Origin: Macrostomum hystrix
Taxonomy: Eukaryota > Animalia > Platyhelminthes
Reading direction: 5' to 3'
NCBI GenBank assembly: GCA_950097015.1
Contig: CATNEN010000008.1
Location: 1,116,001 to 1,180,000 of the forward strand
DNA length: 64,000 nt
In this document: piece by piece, positions 11,984-22,908 of the stretch
How the letters are laid out: the number at the start of each line of letters is the position of its first letter
How positions within the stretch are numbered: the first letter of the stretch is position 1
Position numbers and translations under genes: made by a program
Notes under the pieces: generated by a model
The model's input: the letters and a program-made list of their open reading frames with translations, nothing else
What the model was told of the DNA's origin: nothing
Database searches by the model: none

Positions 11984-12302
11984 GCGGCACCGCCTCGCTG
12001 GAGGCCGTCTGGCTGCCAGGGGTTAGCGATATGGGCGGCAGCAGCCGCCTCCTCGCTGCGTCCGTCATGGAGGCCCCCTGCCGCTAAGTCAAGTAAGTCA
12101 AGTCAAGTACATACTGAACCCAATTCATGCTGATGAGCAGACTTTAACCAATATTGTTAGCAAGCGCAAAAAATGGCAACAAGCATCAAAGGCGGCTGTA
12201 AGCGGGTGTCACTGGCAGCACTGAAGAACTCGTCTGCAGCATATATGTCATTAGTCCGTCAAGCAAGGATGTCATCCCGCTGTAAGCATCGTTGAAAGTA
12301 CA

Positions 12303-13270
12303 TCAGGTTGTGGTTGCACCACTGAATGCACTAGTGATGACATCCATGGACGCCTCGACTTCGCGCTTAAGGACAGCCATTCGATGCTGGTCCATCGTTA
12401 CACCCGCAGCTTGTGCCAGGTGTCTGTCCGCGACCTCACGCTGTATGGCAGGTGTCTGCAATCTCTGCTTCACTGCTGCCTTCAGAGCGGATCCAGCTCG
12501 TTCAGCCGGATTGAATATGGCGGCAGGTACCGGAGTCGTGTCCACCTGAAATTGTGGGGCGCATTGAGGTGAGCCCGAGCTACGTCAAAGAGGATCACGA
12601 AATCGCCTCCCACCAGCTGGTCAACTTCGGATAGAAATGCGCAGAAGTGTTCATTGCGGGCACCTCCCTCCACCAGAGCAAAGTGAACCAGGCCAATCTC
12701 CTGAGAAATCGCCAAGCAAATTCTGAGATTTCTTCCGCGTTGTCCATTTACAATGGCAACCGCCCGTTCACCCCGTGCAGCTCGGTCTTGAGTGCGTGAG
12801 GTCCACAAGTTCACTCCGAACTCGTCCATGTACAGCAGATGATTCTGGCTCCCGTCCACCAACAGCCACTCAACGTGCATCCTTCGAGCCTCCTTCGTGA
12901 CCTCTTCATTCCAATTCTGCGGCACCTGCCTGACCAGCTTGAGGGTGATTTGGCGGCCATCAAGTGCGCGGCTTATGGTCGCAAGGTCCACCTTTGGAGC
13001 ATTTGGAAACTCTAGGATGAGATGAATCTTCATCTGCTGCAGAGTCACTGTCGGATTGCCACCAATGTATGCGCAAATGCTGTCGAGCATGGCGTCGGTC
13101 AACGACTTGCGCTTGTCACCTCCTCGAGGCAGAGGTTCAGTACGACCAGTGGCTGCGAACATTCCTACGATGTTTCTTACTGTTTTTCTAGCGATGCCCA
13201 TCAGCTGACCCAGATGCTGCCAGTCATCCCCATTCTTAAAAACTTGAATCAACCGATGGCGATCCTGTGT
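12303..13270 (-). pseudogene. IS630/Tc1-mariner-type DDE transposase, frameshifted
   Basis: Motifs YMDEFG, ILFDVARAH and YLPPYS, then a frameshift near 12510 into FNPAERAGSALKAAVKQRL (LNPIE-like). No ATG start or TIRs found. Confidence 0.8.
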
Positions 13271-13674
13271 GGAAACGTTTCTGTCAAGAAGATTGGATTG
13301 AAGCTTCTAGCTCAAATAAATTGATCAATAATTTAATTAAGTTTGGTAGATACAAATGTTAAAATGAAGAACTGCATTTGTGTTAGCTTTTGATTAAAAT
13401 CGTCTTAATAATTGCATGCTAACCGAAAATATTGCCTGGTGCAACTATAATTTTAGTTATATTGTGTCAGATCGTGGCAAGCCGAGTGAATCTAGGTATA
13501 CAAAACGACACAACAATACTGAACATCATGGATTGATAGTAAAGATGACTGTATAAATCTGTCATCATTAACAATGGGACTTTCTGCAGGGTTTCACTAA
13601 AATGCTTCACGTCCTTTGCTCAGCGAGCTAGCAAGACAAAAATTTTAAGATCAACAGTTCACTCAAATATCCGG

Positions 13675-14327
13675 ACAGCTCACTACAGATCCCAGGGATC
13701 ACTCAAGACAGCTCACTCCAGATCCCAGGGATCACTCAAGACAACTCACTCCAGATCCCAGGGATCACTCAAGACAGCTCACTCCAGATCCCAGGGATCA
13801 CTCAAGACAGCTCACTCCAGATCCCAGGGATCACTCAAGACAGCTCAATCCAGATCCCAGGGATCACTCAAGACAGCTCAATCCAGATCCCAGGGATCAC
13901 TCAAGACAGCTCAATCCAGATCCCAGGGATCACTCAAGACAGCTCAATCCAGATCCCAGGGATCACTCAAGACAGCTCAATCCAGATCCCAGGGATCACT
14001 CAAGACAGCTCAATCCAGATCCCAGGGATCACTCAAGACAGCTCACTCCAGATCCCAGGGATCACTCAAGACAGCTCAATCCAGATCCCAGGGATCACTC
14101 AAGACAGCTCAATCCAGATCCCAGGGATCACTCAAGACAGCTCAATCCAGATCCCAGGGATCACTCAAGACAGCTCAATCCAGATCCCAGGGATCACTCA
14201 AGACAGCTCAATCCAGATCCCAGGGATCACTCAAGACAGCTCAATCCAGATCCCAGGGATCACTCAAGACAGCTCAATCCAGATCCCAGGGATCACTCAA
14301 GACAGCTCAATCCAGATCCCAGGGATC
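13675..14327. repeat. 33-bp minisatellite (about 20 units)
   Basis: Unit ACAGCTCAATCCAGATCCCAGGGATCACTCAAG, period 33. Confidence 0.96.
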
Positions 14328-14403
14328 CCTCTGAGCTTCGCTAAATGCAGTGTAAATTAAGAAACTACAATAGCATAGATTAGGATTACATTACCAATGA
14401 TAG

Positions 14404-14593
<190 letters not shown>

Positions 14594-15059
14594 TTCAGAA
14601 TCCGAATTTCCAGAATCCAATTTTTAGAATCCGAATTTCAAGAATCCGAATTTCCAGGATTTCCAGGATTTTCTTTCCGTTAATCACCCCGAGGCGGATT
14701 TGGCGTGATCGGATTTAGTCTCCAAAGTTCGATTGATGGAATAATTCTGATCGATACTTTATTAACACGTTTTTATCTTAAGGATAAGGAGCTTTCTTAC
14801 GAAATGAAGCTGATTTCAAAGACTCTTGGGAATCTGATTGAAGTGCATATTGAGTAGCTTCTTGTCTTTGATAACAAGACTTCTTCTCGAGTGGATTAAA
14901 TTGCCCGACTTACACCGACTTCAAGTACGAGTACAAGAAGAAGAATCACGTCATGGGAAACATGACAATTATTAATTATAAATCCCCCTACTAAAAAAAC
15001 TAAAATTAGCAATCCCCCAGTTGAGAATCCTAAAATTCGTAATCCCATTGTTGTGAACC

Positions 15060-15220
15060 AGAAAAGAGGAATCGCGTGGACACGAATCCTAAAATTGGAA
15101 ATCCCATAGCTAGGAATCCTAAAGTTGTAGATCCAATAGTTAGGAATCCTAAAATTGGAAATCCCATAGTTAGGAATCCTAAAATTGGAAATCCCATAGT
15201 TAGGAATCCTAAAGTTGGAA
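15060..15220. repeat. Short 30-bp tandem repeat
   Basis: GGAATCCTAAAATTGGAAATCCCATAGTTA repeated about 4-5 times. Confidence 0.8.
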
Positions 15221-15277
15221 TTCACTAGAAATAAATACATATCAATATTTTTTTAATTTGCCTCTGAATTGTGCCAG

Positions 15278-15484
15278 ATCCCGCAGATCGGCTACGCATC
15301 CACGAGTCACTAGCTGAGCGATAATCACCGCTTCGACTATTTCTTTCGCGTGGTCCCGTCAGACACTCGCCAGGCGAAGGCCATGGCGGACATTGTTAAA
15401 CAAATGGGCTGGAATTTTGTAGCAGCCCTGTACGACGAGGGAACCGCAGCTTCCAGGAGTTCACGATTCACGCTTCAGAACTCG
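15278..15484 (+). pseudogene. mGluR-like exon 2 (copy 1) with an in-frame stop
   Basis: After a CAG acceptor: [54 protein letters not shown] (TAG at 15311-13). A frameshift follows, then FQEFTIHASELG and a GT donor at 15485. Confidence 0.88.
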
Positions 15485-15978
15485 GTGATTGGCTTTTCAC
15501 TCTTTGAAGACTTTGCGGGCTGCGGGCAATGGCACATCATTTGGTGACACTAGACAGCAGTTTGCGAGGAAGCGATTCTTCCTATTCCGCTGACTCCAGA
15601 GCACACACGCACACAGGTGTGTACATCTGCCCTGACTTTCTCAGTGCAATCAGGCAGTTTACACTTAAAGTGTGCTTTGGAGGTCGAATCTTAGGGCGTA
15701 AATTGCACGACAAGCCCCCAAACCGTCTCTTCGTGGCTGCGCCCCAAACGAATGTGGCCTCACCGCGGAATCGAGCTCAGGGATATTAGTGCGAGACTCA
15801 GACGCGTCAGACCGCTATGCCAGGCCCCAAAACTTTTCCCAAAAAATGCTGTGTTACTTTAGTCGTCATAGGTTGCTGCTGCTTGACGTCTGAAGTGGAC
15901 GTCAGTTGTGGCCCCTTAAATCCATCCGATGCAACCCATCGTGTCAAATGATGTGGCTACACGTGTATCCTCAATCAG

Positions 15979-16320
15979 GAGTCTGCATCAGCCGGACGCA
16001 GCTGATTCCAAGAAACCAACTGAAACGCACCCTGGAGGACATCGCCGCCAGCCTGTTCAGCCTGGAGAAGTCGCGGGTTGTTGTCGCATTCTGTCAAGCA
16101 GAGTCGCTTCGCACCCTGCTTTTGTTGCTGGGCAGAAGTAAGAAAAAATGCTCGGACAGGGCAGGAGCCTCTTCTGCGTGGCCAGCGACGGCTGGGGACG
16201 AAAAACTGACCATCTGGCTGACGATGAGGAAATCGCCTAGGGCGCCACCAGCCTGCTGCCTGAAAGCGGCCCGTAAAAGGTCCGCGATTTCTTGGAAAGA
16301 ATATTAGAGACGCCTAAACA
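15979..16320 (+). pseudogene. mGluR-like exon 3 (copy 1) with a frameshift and stops
   Basis: The acceptor phase matches exon 2. It reads GVCISRTQLIPRN...RVVVAFC, then in a shifted frame FCVASDGWGRKTDHLADDEEIA*GATSLLP, matching mGluR WVGSDSWG...EEIAEGAVTILP. The 3' end is approximate. Confidence 0.82.
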
Positions 16321-16332
16321 GCATTAAAAACT

Positions 16333-16708
16333 TTCCTAGAAACTCTAGTTTCCTAGAAACTCTAGTTTCCTAGAAACTCTAGTTTCCTAGAAACTCTAGT
16401 TTCCTAGAAACTCTAGTTTCCTAGAAACTCTAGTTTCCTAGAAACTCTAGTTTCCTAGAAACTCTAGTTTCCTAGAAACTCTAGTTTCCTAGAAACTCTA
16501 GTTTCCTAGAAACTCTAGTTTCATAGAAACTCTAGTTTCCTAGAAACTCTAGTTTCCTAGAAACTCTAGTTTCCTAGAAACTCTAGTTTCCTAGAAACTC
16601 TAGTTTCCTAGAAACTCTAGTTTCCTAGAAACTCTAGTTTCCTAGAAACTCTAGTTTCCTAGAAACTCTAGTTTCCTAGAAACTCTTAGAAACTCTTAGA
16701 AACTCTTA
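16333..16708. repeat. 17-bp minisatellite GTTTCCTAGAAACTCTA
   Basis: About 21 tandem units; differs at 3 of 17 positions from the GTTTCCAAGAAACTATG arrays at 39609 and 47520. Confidence 0.95.
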
Positions 16709-16723
16709 GAAGATTGAGAATAT

Positions 16724-17062
16724 TCAATCCCAAACTCCCAGTTTCCGAACTGGGACGATCGAATCACAAACTGGGAGGATTGAATCCCAAACTGGCAGGA
16801 TTGAATCCCAAACTGGGATAATTGAATCCAGAACTGAAAGGATTGAATCCCAAACTGAAAGGATTGAATCCCAAACTGGCAGGATTGAATCCCAAACTGG
16901 CAGGATTGAATCCCAAACTGGCAGGATTGAATCCCAAACTGGCAGGATTGAATCCCAAACTGGCAGGATTTAATCCCAAACTGGCAGGATTGAATCCCAA
17001 ACTGGGATAATTGAATCCAGAACTGAAAGGACTGAATCCCAAACTGGCAGGATTGAATCCGA
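16724..17062. repeat. 21-bp GGATTGAATCCCAAACT-family satellite
   Basis: Tandem GGCAGGATTGAATCCCAAACT units directly upstream of the secreted-protein cassette; a short remnant lies at 44862-44935 in copy 2. Confidence 0.9.
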
Positions 17063-17550
17063 AACTAAGTCTATCTAATGCTAAACGTCAGTCAATCTCA
17101 TGCCAAATCCCCACGAGTCTCATGCTAAAGTCCACAATCACGCCACCAGTGCTTCTCTGTGATCACTTGCAGGCAACACTCGAAGCACAGCAATTGCTAA
17201 GCGATGCGCTATACAAAAATACTAGTTAAAATTTATTTTTTAGAAATACTTTTTTCTGTATCTGAGAGCGGTTTCAAAATTTAGTTGAGAATATGTATCC
17301 GTTTCGCAGCAACGTCGAATACACAGAGATAGTCCTGAAGATTTTCCATACTGATTGCAACGCAAACGCAACATCTACATTCCTGAAGGTAAAAATGTAG
17401 TTCCTGAGAATGAAAAAGTTTTCTTCCGCTCGCCTGCGCTTAACGTTAAAAATGCCAAGCCACCAAATGCTATATATTAGCGACTGAGACATTCAAATCA
17501 AACACCAATTTCTCGATTCGTCTATTGAATCTGCCAGAAATTAAATTGGA

Positions 17551-18108
17551 ATGCCCAATCAAAGCAGTTTTCTCATCTTACTGACGCTGGTCCTACTGGA
17601 AGTCTGGCTAGCTCTGCCTCTTGAAGCTTCGCAACGCGCAGTCATCAGCCAAAGCTCGCTGGTTAAGCTGAAGAATGTGCGAACTGGTTATTACATTATG
17701 GTGATTGATGATCCTCACAATCGATTTGAACGTAGCTTCTTCTGCCGCTCAGATCATTATTTGGAATTTACAACCGATCGTCCAGCCTCATTCCTATTCG
17801 AAGACGCCGGGGGTGGCGCTAAGAAGATTCGCATACATTTTAACGGAAGTTCTAGTGCTAAACACTATGTAGAATGCAACTGGAACGAAGAAATCTTCGA
17901 TACAAAAGAAGACGCTGATCCTCTTCAGGAGTGGTTCATCGAGAATCAGAATAAATCGCTGGAAATCAAAGATGGCGACATTGTAACCATCAAGAATGCG
18001 GAATACACCACAGCCTACATTGCTTTCTCGACGAGGCGATCACTTCATGGCAATATTTTTTGCCTGAACCAGGTTTCAGATAAATGGAAAGTCATTATGA
18101 TCAAGTAA
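17551..18108 (+). CDS. Secreted beta-trefoil-like protein, paralog 1 (185 aa, intronless)
   Basis: Intact ATG-to-TAA ORF in AT-rich flanks; hydrophobic N-terminus FLILLTLVLLEVWLALPLEA; three strand repeats (LVKLKNVRTGYYI / KIRIH...EWFI / GDIVTIKN...AYI...KWKV). TATA-like TATATA near 17471 and AATAAA at 18126. The open frame is conserved in paralog 2. The fold is inferred. Confidence 0.82.
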   Translation: MPNQSSFLILLTLVLLEVWLALPLEASQRAVISQSSLVKLKNVRTGYYIMVIDDPHNRFERSFFCRSDHYLEFTTDRPASFLFEDAGGGAKKIRIHFNGSSSAKHYVECNWNEEIFDTKEDADPLQEWFIENQNKSLEIKDGDIVTIKNAEYTTAYIAFSTRRSLHGNIFCLNQVSDKWKVIMIK

Positions 18109-19961
18109 GACCCGGAACTCTTAGAAATAAACTGCCAGAATATCATTGTTTTAGCTGAAATATCTTTTTATTTTCTTCATACGACTAAAATGAGAAAGAC
18201 AAACGACTCAATTTTTAGCTGTGAGAAAATAATTAAATAAATTGTCACAATAATGTCGGAATCAAAATCTAACTACGAAAATTTAGCGCGCATTTTAGAT
18301 ACAATAGCTCAGTGTGAGTTGTTAGTGGTGTAGAAACTATGCAATAGAAAGTTAACGATCACAAATTTGTTCAAATAGATAAAATCTATTTTTAACTAAA
18401 CATTTAAATTTCGTGAATGTGTCCTTGGAAATTTCTTCCGATATTCTCTAAAGATGTCCTTGAGGATTGAATCCCAAACTGAAAAGATTTAATACCAAAC
18501 TGGGAGGATTGAATCCAAACTGAAAGGATTGAATCCAAACTGAAAGGATTAAATACCAAACTGGGAGGATTGAATCCAAACTGGGAGGATTGAATCCCAA
18601 ACTGGGAGGATTGAATCCAAACTGAAAAGATTAAATGCCAAACTGGGAGGAGTGAATCCAAACTGAAAGGATTAAATGCCAAACTGGGAGGATTAAATCC
18701 AAACTGAAAGGATTAAATACCAAACTGGGAGGATTGAATCCAAACTGGGAGGATTGAATCCAAACTGGGAGGATTGAATCCAAACTGGGAGGATTGAATC
18801 CAAACTGGGAGGATTGAATACCAAACTGCGAGGATTGAATCCAAACTGGGAGGATTGAATACCAAACTGGGAGGATTGAATACCAAACTGGGAGGATTGA
18901 ATCCAAACTGGGAGGATTGAATCCAAACTGGGAGGATTGAATCCAAACTGGGAGGATTGAATCCAAACTGGGAGGATTGAATCCAAACTGAAAGGATTAA
19001 ATACCAAACTGGGAGGATTGAATCCAAACTGAAAGGATTAAATACCAAACTGGGAGGATTGAATCCAAACTGAAAAGATTAAATGCCAAACTGGGAGGAT
19101 TGAATCCAAACTGAAAAGATTAAATACCAAACTGGGAGGATTGAATCCAAACTGAAAGGATTAAATACCAAACTGGGAGGATTAAATACCAAACTGGGAG
19201 GATTGAATCCAAACAGAAAGGATTAAATACCAAACTGAAAGGATTAAATCCAAACTGAAAGGATTAAATACCAAACTGAAAGGATTAAATACCAAACTGG
19301 GAGGATTGAATCCAAACTGGGAGGATTGAATCCAAACTGAAAGGATTGAATCCAAACTGGGAGGATTGAATCCAAACTGGGAGGATTGAATCCAAACTGG
19401 GAGGATTGAATCCAAACTGGGAGGATTGAATCCAAACTGGGAGGATTGAATCCAAACTGGGAGGATTGAATCCAAACTGGGAGGATTGAATCCAAACTGG
19501 GAGGATTGAATCCAAACTGGGAGTATTGAATCCAAACTGGGAGGATTGAATCCAAACTGGGAGGATTGAATCCAAACTGGGAGGATTGAATCCAAACTGG
19601 GAGGATTGAATCCAAACTGGGAGGATTGAATCCAAACTAGGAGGATTGAATCCAAACTGGGAGGATTGAATCCAAACTGGGAGGATTGAATCCAAACTGG
19701 GAGGATTGAATCCAAACTGGGAGGATTGAATCCCAAACTGGGAGGATTGAATCCAAACTGGGAGGATTGAATGAGAAACTGGGATGATTGAATCCGAAAC
19801 TGAAAGGATTAAATCCCAAACTGAAAGGATTAAATCCCAAACTGAAAGGATTAAATCCCAAACTGAAAGGATTAAATCCCAAACTGAAAGGATTGAATGC
19901 CAAAGTGAAAGGATTAAATCCCAAACAAGAATATTGAATGCACAACGGGATGATTGAATCC

Positions 19962-20334
19962 TGTAACGTAATCGTAATGAATCAGAGAACAAAGGCGGTG
20001 GTTCTTTTTGGTTGTTTGTCGATCGTATGACCGAGAGCTTGAGGAAGGTTGGAGATTGCACTCCTTGGCTACTTATATTTATAGTGTCCAACGGAATATT
20101 CTAGAATGTTTTATTGCATTATAACAAAGTTAATATTCGGAAATAACTATAGTACGAAATATGTGACGATAAAGTATTATCTGAGTCTTATAATTAACTG
20201 CAAGCTGATTAATAGAAAAATAAAATTTACTTTTGAGAACTTCTAGAAATTCTGAGAAAATTATACAAGGATTTGACTTAGAATATTCTCGAAGATTACC
20301 TAATTTAGACAATACGGTACACTGCAATGTTACA
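19962..20334 (-). mobile_element. Solo LTR (373 bp) of the Ty3/Gypsy element
   Basis: TGTAAC...GTTACA termini, ATCC on both sides, near-identical to the LTRs at 26523 and 31232. Confidence 0.94.
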
Positions 20335-22535
20335 ATCCCAAACTGGAAGAATTGAATCCCAAACGGGATGATTGAATCCCAAACTGAAAGGATTGAATCC
20401 CAAACTGGGAGGATTGAATCCAAAACTGAAAGGATTGAACCCCAAACTGAAAGTAATAAATCCCTAACGGGAGGATTGAATCCCAAACAGAAAGGATTGA
20501 ATCCAAACTGGGAGGATTGAATCCAAACTGGGAGGATTGAATCCAAACTGGGAGGATTGAATCCAAACTGGGAGGATTGAATCCAAACTGGGAGGATTGA
20601 ATCCAAACTGAAAGGATTAAATACCAAACTGGGAGGATTAAATCCAAACTGAAAGGATTAAATACCAAACTGGGAGGATTGAATCCAAACTGGGAGGATT
20701 GAATCCAAACTGGGAGGATTGAATCCAAACTGGGAGGATTGAATCCAAACTGGGAGGATTGAATCCAAACTGGGAGGATTGAATCCAAACTGGGAGGATT
20801 GAATCCAAACTGGGAGGATTGAATCCAAACTGGGAGGATTGAATCCAAACTGGGAGGATTGAATACCAAACTGGGAGGATTGAATCCAAACTGAAAGGAT
20901 TAAATACCAAACTGGGAGGATTGAATCCAAACTGAATGGATTAAATACCAAACTGGGAGGATTGAATGAGAAACGGAGATGATTGAATCCGAAACTGAAA
21001 GGATTAAATACCAAACTGGGAGGATTGAATCCAAACTGGGAGGATTGAATCCCAAACTGGGATGATTGAATCCGAAACTGAAAGGATTAAATCCCAAACT
21101 TAAAGGATTGAATCCCAAACTGGGAGGATTGAATCCAAACTGAAAAGATTAAATGCCAAACTGGGAGGATTGAATCCAAACTGAAAGGATTAAATACCAA
21201 ACTGGGAGGATTGAATCCAAACTGAAAGGATTAAATACCAAACTGGGAGGATTGAATCCAAACTGAAAGGATTAAATACCAAACTGGGAGGATTGAATCC
21301 AAACTGAAAAGATTAAATGCCAAACTGGGAGGATTGAATCCAAACTGAAAGGATTAAATACCAAACTGGGAGGATTAAATACCAAACTGGGAGGATTGAA
21401 TCCAAACAGAAAGGATTAAATACCAAACTGAAAGGATTAAATCCAAACTGAAAGGATTAAATACCAAACTGAAAGGATTAAATACCAAACTGGGAGGATT
21501 GAATCCAAACTGGGAGGATTGAATCCAAACTGAAAGGATTGAATCCAAACTGGGAGGATTGAATCCAAACTGGGAGGATTGAATCCAAACTGGGAGGATT
21601 GAATCCAAACTGGGAGGATTGAATCCAAACTGGGAGGATTGAATCCAAACTGGGAGGATTGAATCCAAACTGGGAGGATTGAATCCAAACTGGGAGGATT
21701 GAATCCAAACTGGGAGGATTGAATCCAAACTGGGAGGATTGAATCCAAACTGGGAGGATTGAATCCAAACTGGGAGGATTGAATACCAAACTGGGAGGAT
21801 TGAATCCAAACTGGGAGGATTGAATCCAAACTGGGAGGATTGAATCCAAACTGGGAGGATTGAATCCAAACTGGGAGGATTGAATCCAAACTGGGAGGAT
21901 TGAATCCAAACTGGGAGTATTGAATCCAAACTGGGAGGATTGAATCCAAACTGGGAGGATTGAATCCAAACTGGGAGGATTGAATCCAAACTGGGAGGAT
22001 TGAATCCAAACTGGGAGGATTGAATCCAAACTAGGAGGATTGAATCCAAACTGGGAGGATTGAATCCAAACTGGGAGGATTGAATCCAAACTGGGAGGAT
22101 TGAATCCAAACTGGGAGGATTGAATCCCAAACTGGGAGGATTGAATCCAAACTGGGAGGATTGAATGAGAAACTGGGAGGATTGAATCCAAACTGAAAGG
22201 ATTAAATACCAAACTGGGAGGATTAAATCCAAACTGGGAGGATTGAATCCAAACTGGGAGGATTGAATCCAAACTGGGAGGATTGAATCCAAACTGGGAG
22301 GATTGAATCCAAACTGGGAGGATTGAATCCAAACTGGGAGGATTGAATCCAAACTGGGAGGATTGAATCCCAAACTGGGAGGATTGAATCCAAACTGGGA
22401 GGATTGAATGAGAAACTGGGATGATTGAATCCGAAACTGAAAGGATTAAATCCCAAACTGAAAGGATTGAATCCCAAAGTGAAAGGATTAAATCCCAAAC
22501 AAGAATATTGAATGCACAACAGGATGATTGAATCC

Positions 22536-22908
22536 TGTAACGTAATCGTAATGAATCAGAGAACAAAGGCGGTGGTTCTTTTTGGTTGTTTGTCGATCGT
22601 ATGACCGAGAGCTTGAGGAAGGTTGGAGATTGCACTCCTTGGCTACTTATATTTATAGTGTCCAACGGAATATTCTAGAATGTTTTATTGCATTATAACA
22701 AAGTTAATATTCGGAAATAACTATAGTACGAAATATGTGACGATAAAGTATTATCTGAGTCTTATAATTAACTGCAAGCTGATTAATAGAAAAATAAAAT
22801 TTACTTTTGAGAACTTCTAGAAATTCTGAGAAAATTATACAAGGATTTGACTTAGAATATTCTCGAAGATTACCTAATTTAGACAATACGGTACACTGCA
22901 ATGTTACA
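22536..22908 (-). mobile_element. Solo LTR (373 bp) of the Ty3/Gypsy element
   Basis: Same sequence, ATCC TSD and flanks as 19962-20334. Confidence 0.94.

Larger units (their letters stand above)
6050..12106 (+). mobile_element. Full-length non-LTR retrotransposon (LOA/R1-type, I group) with a 12-bp TSD
   Basis: TSD GTACATACTGAA at 6038-6049 and 12107-12118. Two intact ORFs, a structured 5' UTR, and a 3' tail of TAAGTCAAG-like units. Confidence 0.95.

Noticed and set aside
12128-12140. CTGATGA hammerhead core (also at 4554)
   Set aside because: No closing stem II followed by GAAA and no flanking stems.
5910-13460. Terminal inverted repeats for the Tc1/IS630 element, and the LINE being nested within it
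   Set aside because: No convincing inverted pair or TA duplication found by eye, so the boundaries are left undefined.
17190-17227. Helitron-like 3' end (short hairpin, then CTAG|T) upstream of the secreted gene; similar motifs at 45060-45095 and 2810-2845
   Set aside because: The hairpins are only 4-5 bp, and no matching 5' TC end or Rep/Helicase was found; this is expected by chance in AT-rich DNA.
17274-17492. 72-aa antisense ORF conserved in both cassettes (also 45141-45359)
   Set aside because: Starts at a non-ATG codon, and its conservation equals that of the surrounding near-identical flank, so it gives no coding evidence.
17690-18080. Diversity-generating retroelement (adenine-specific) mutagenesis as the cause of paralog hypervariability
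   Set aside because: Differences involve all four bases, there is no template repeat, and the RTs here are ordinary LINE/LTR types.
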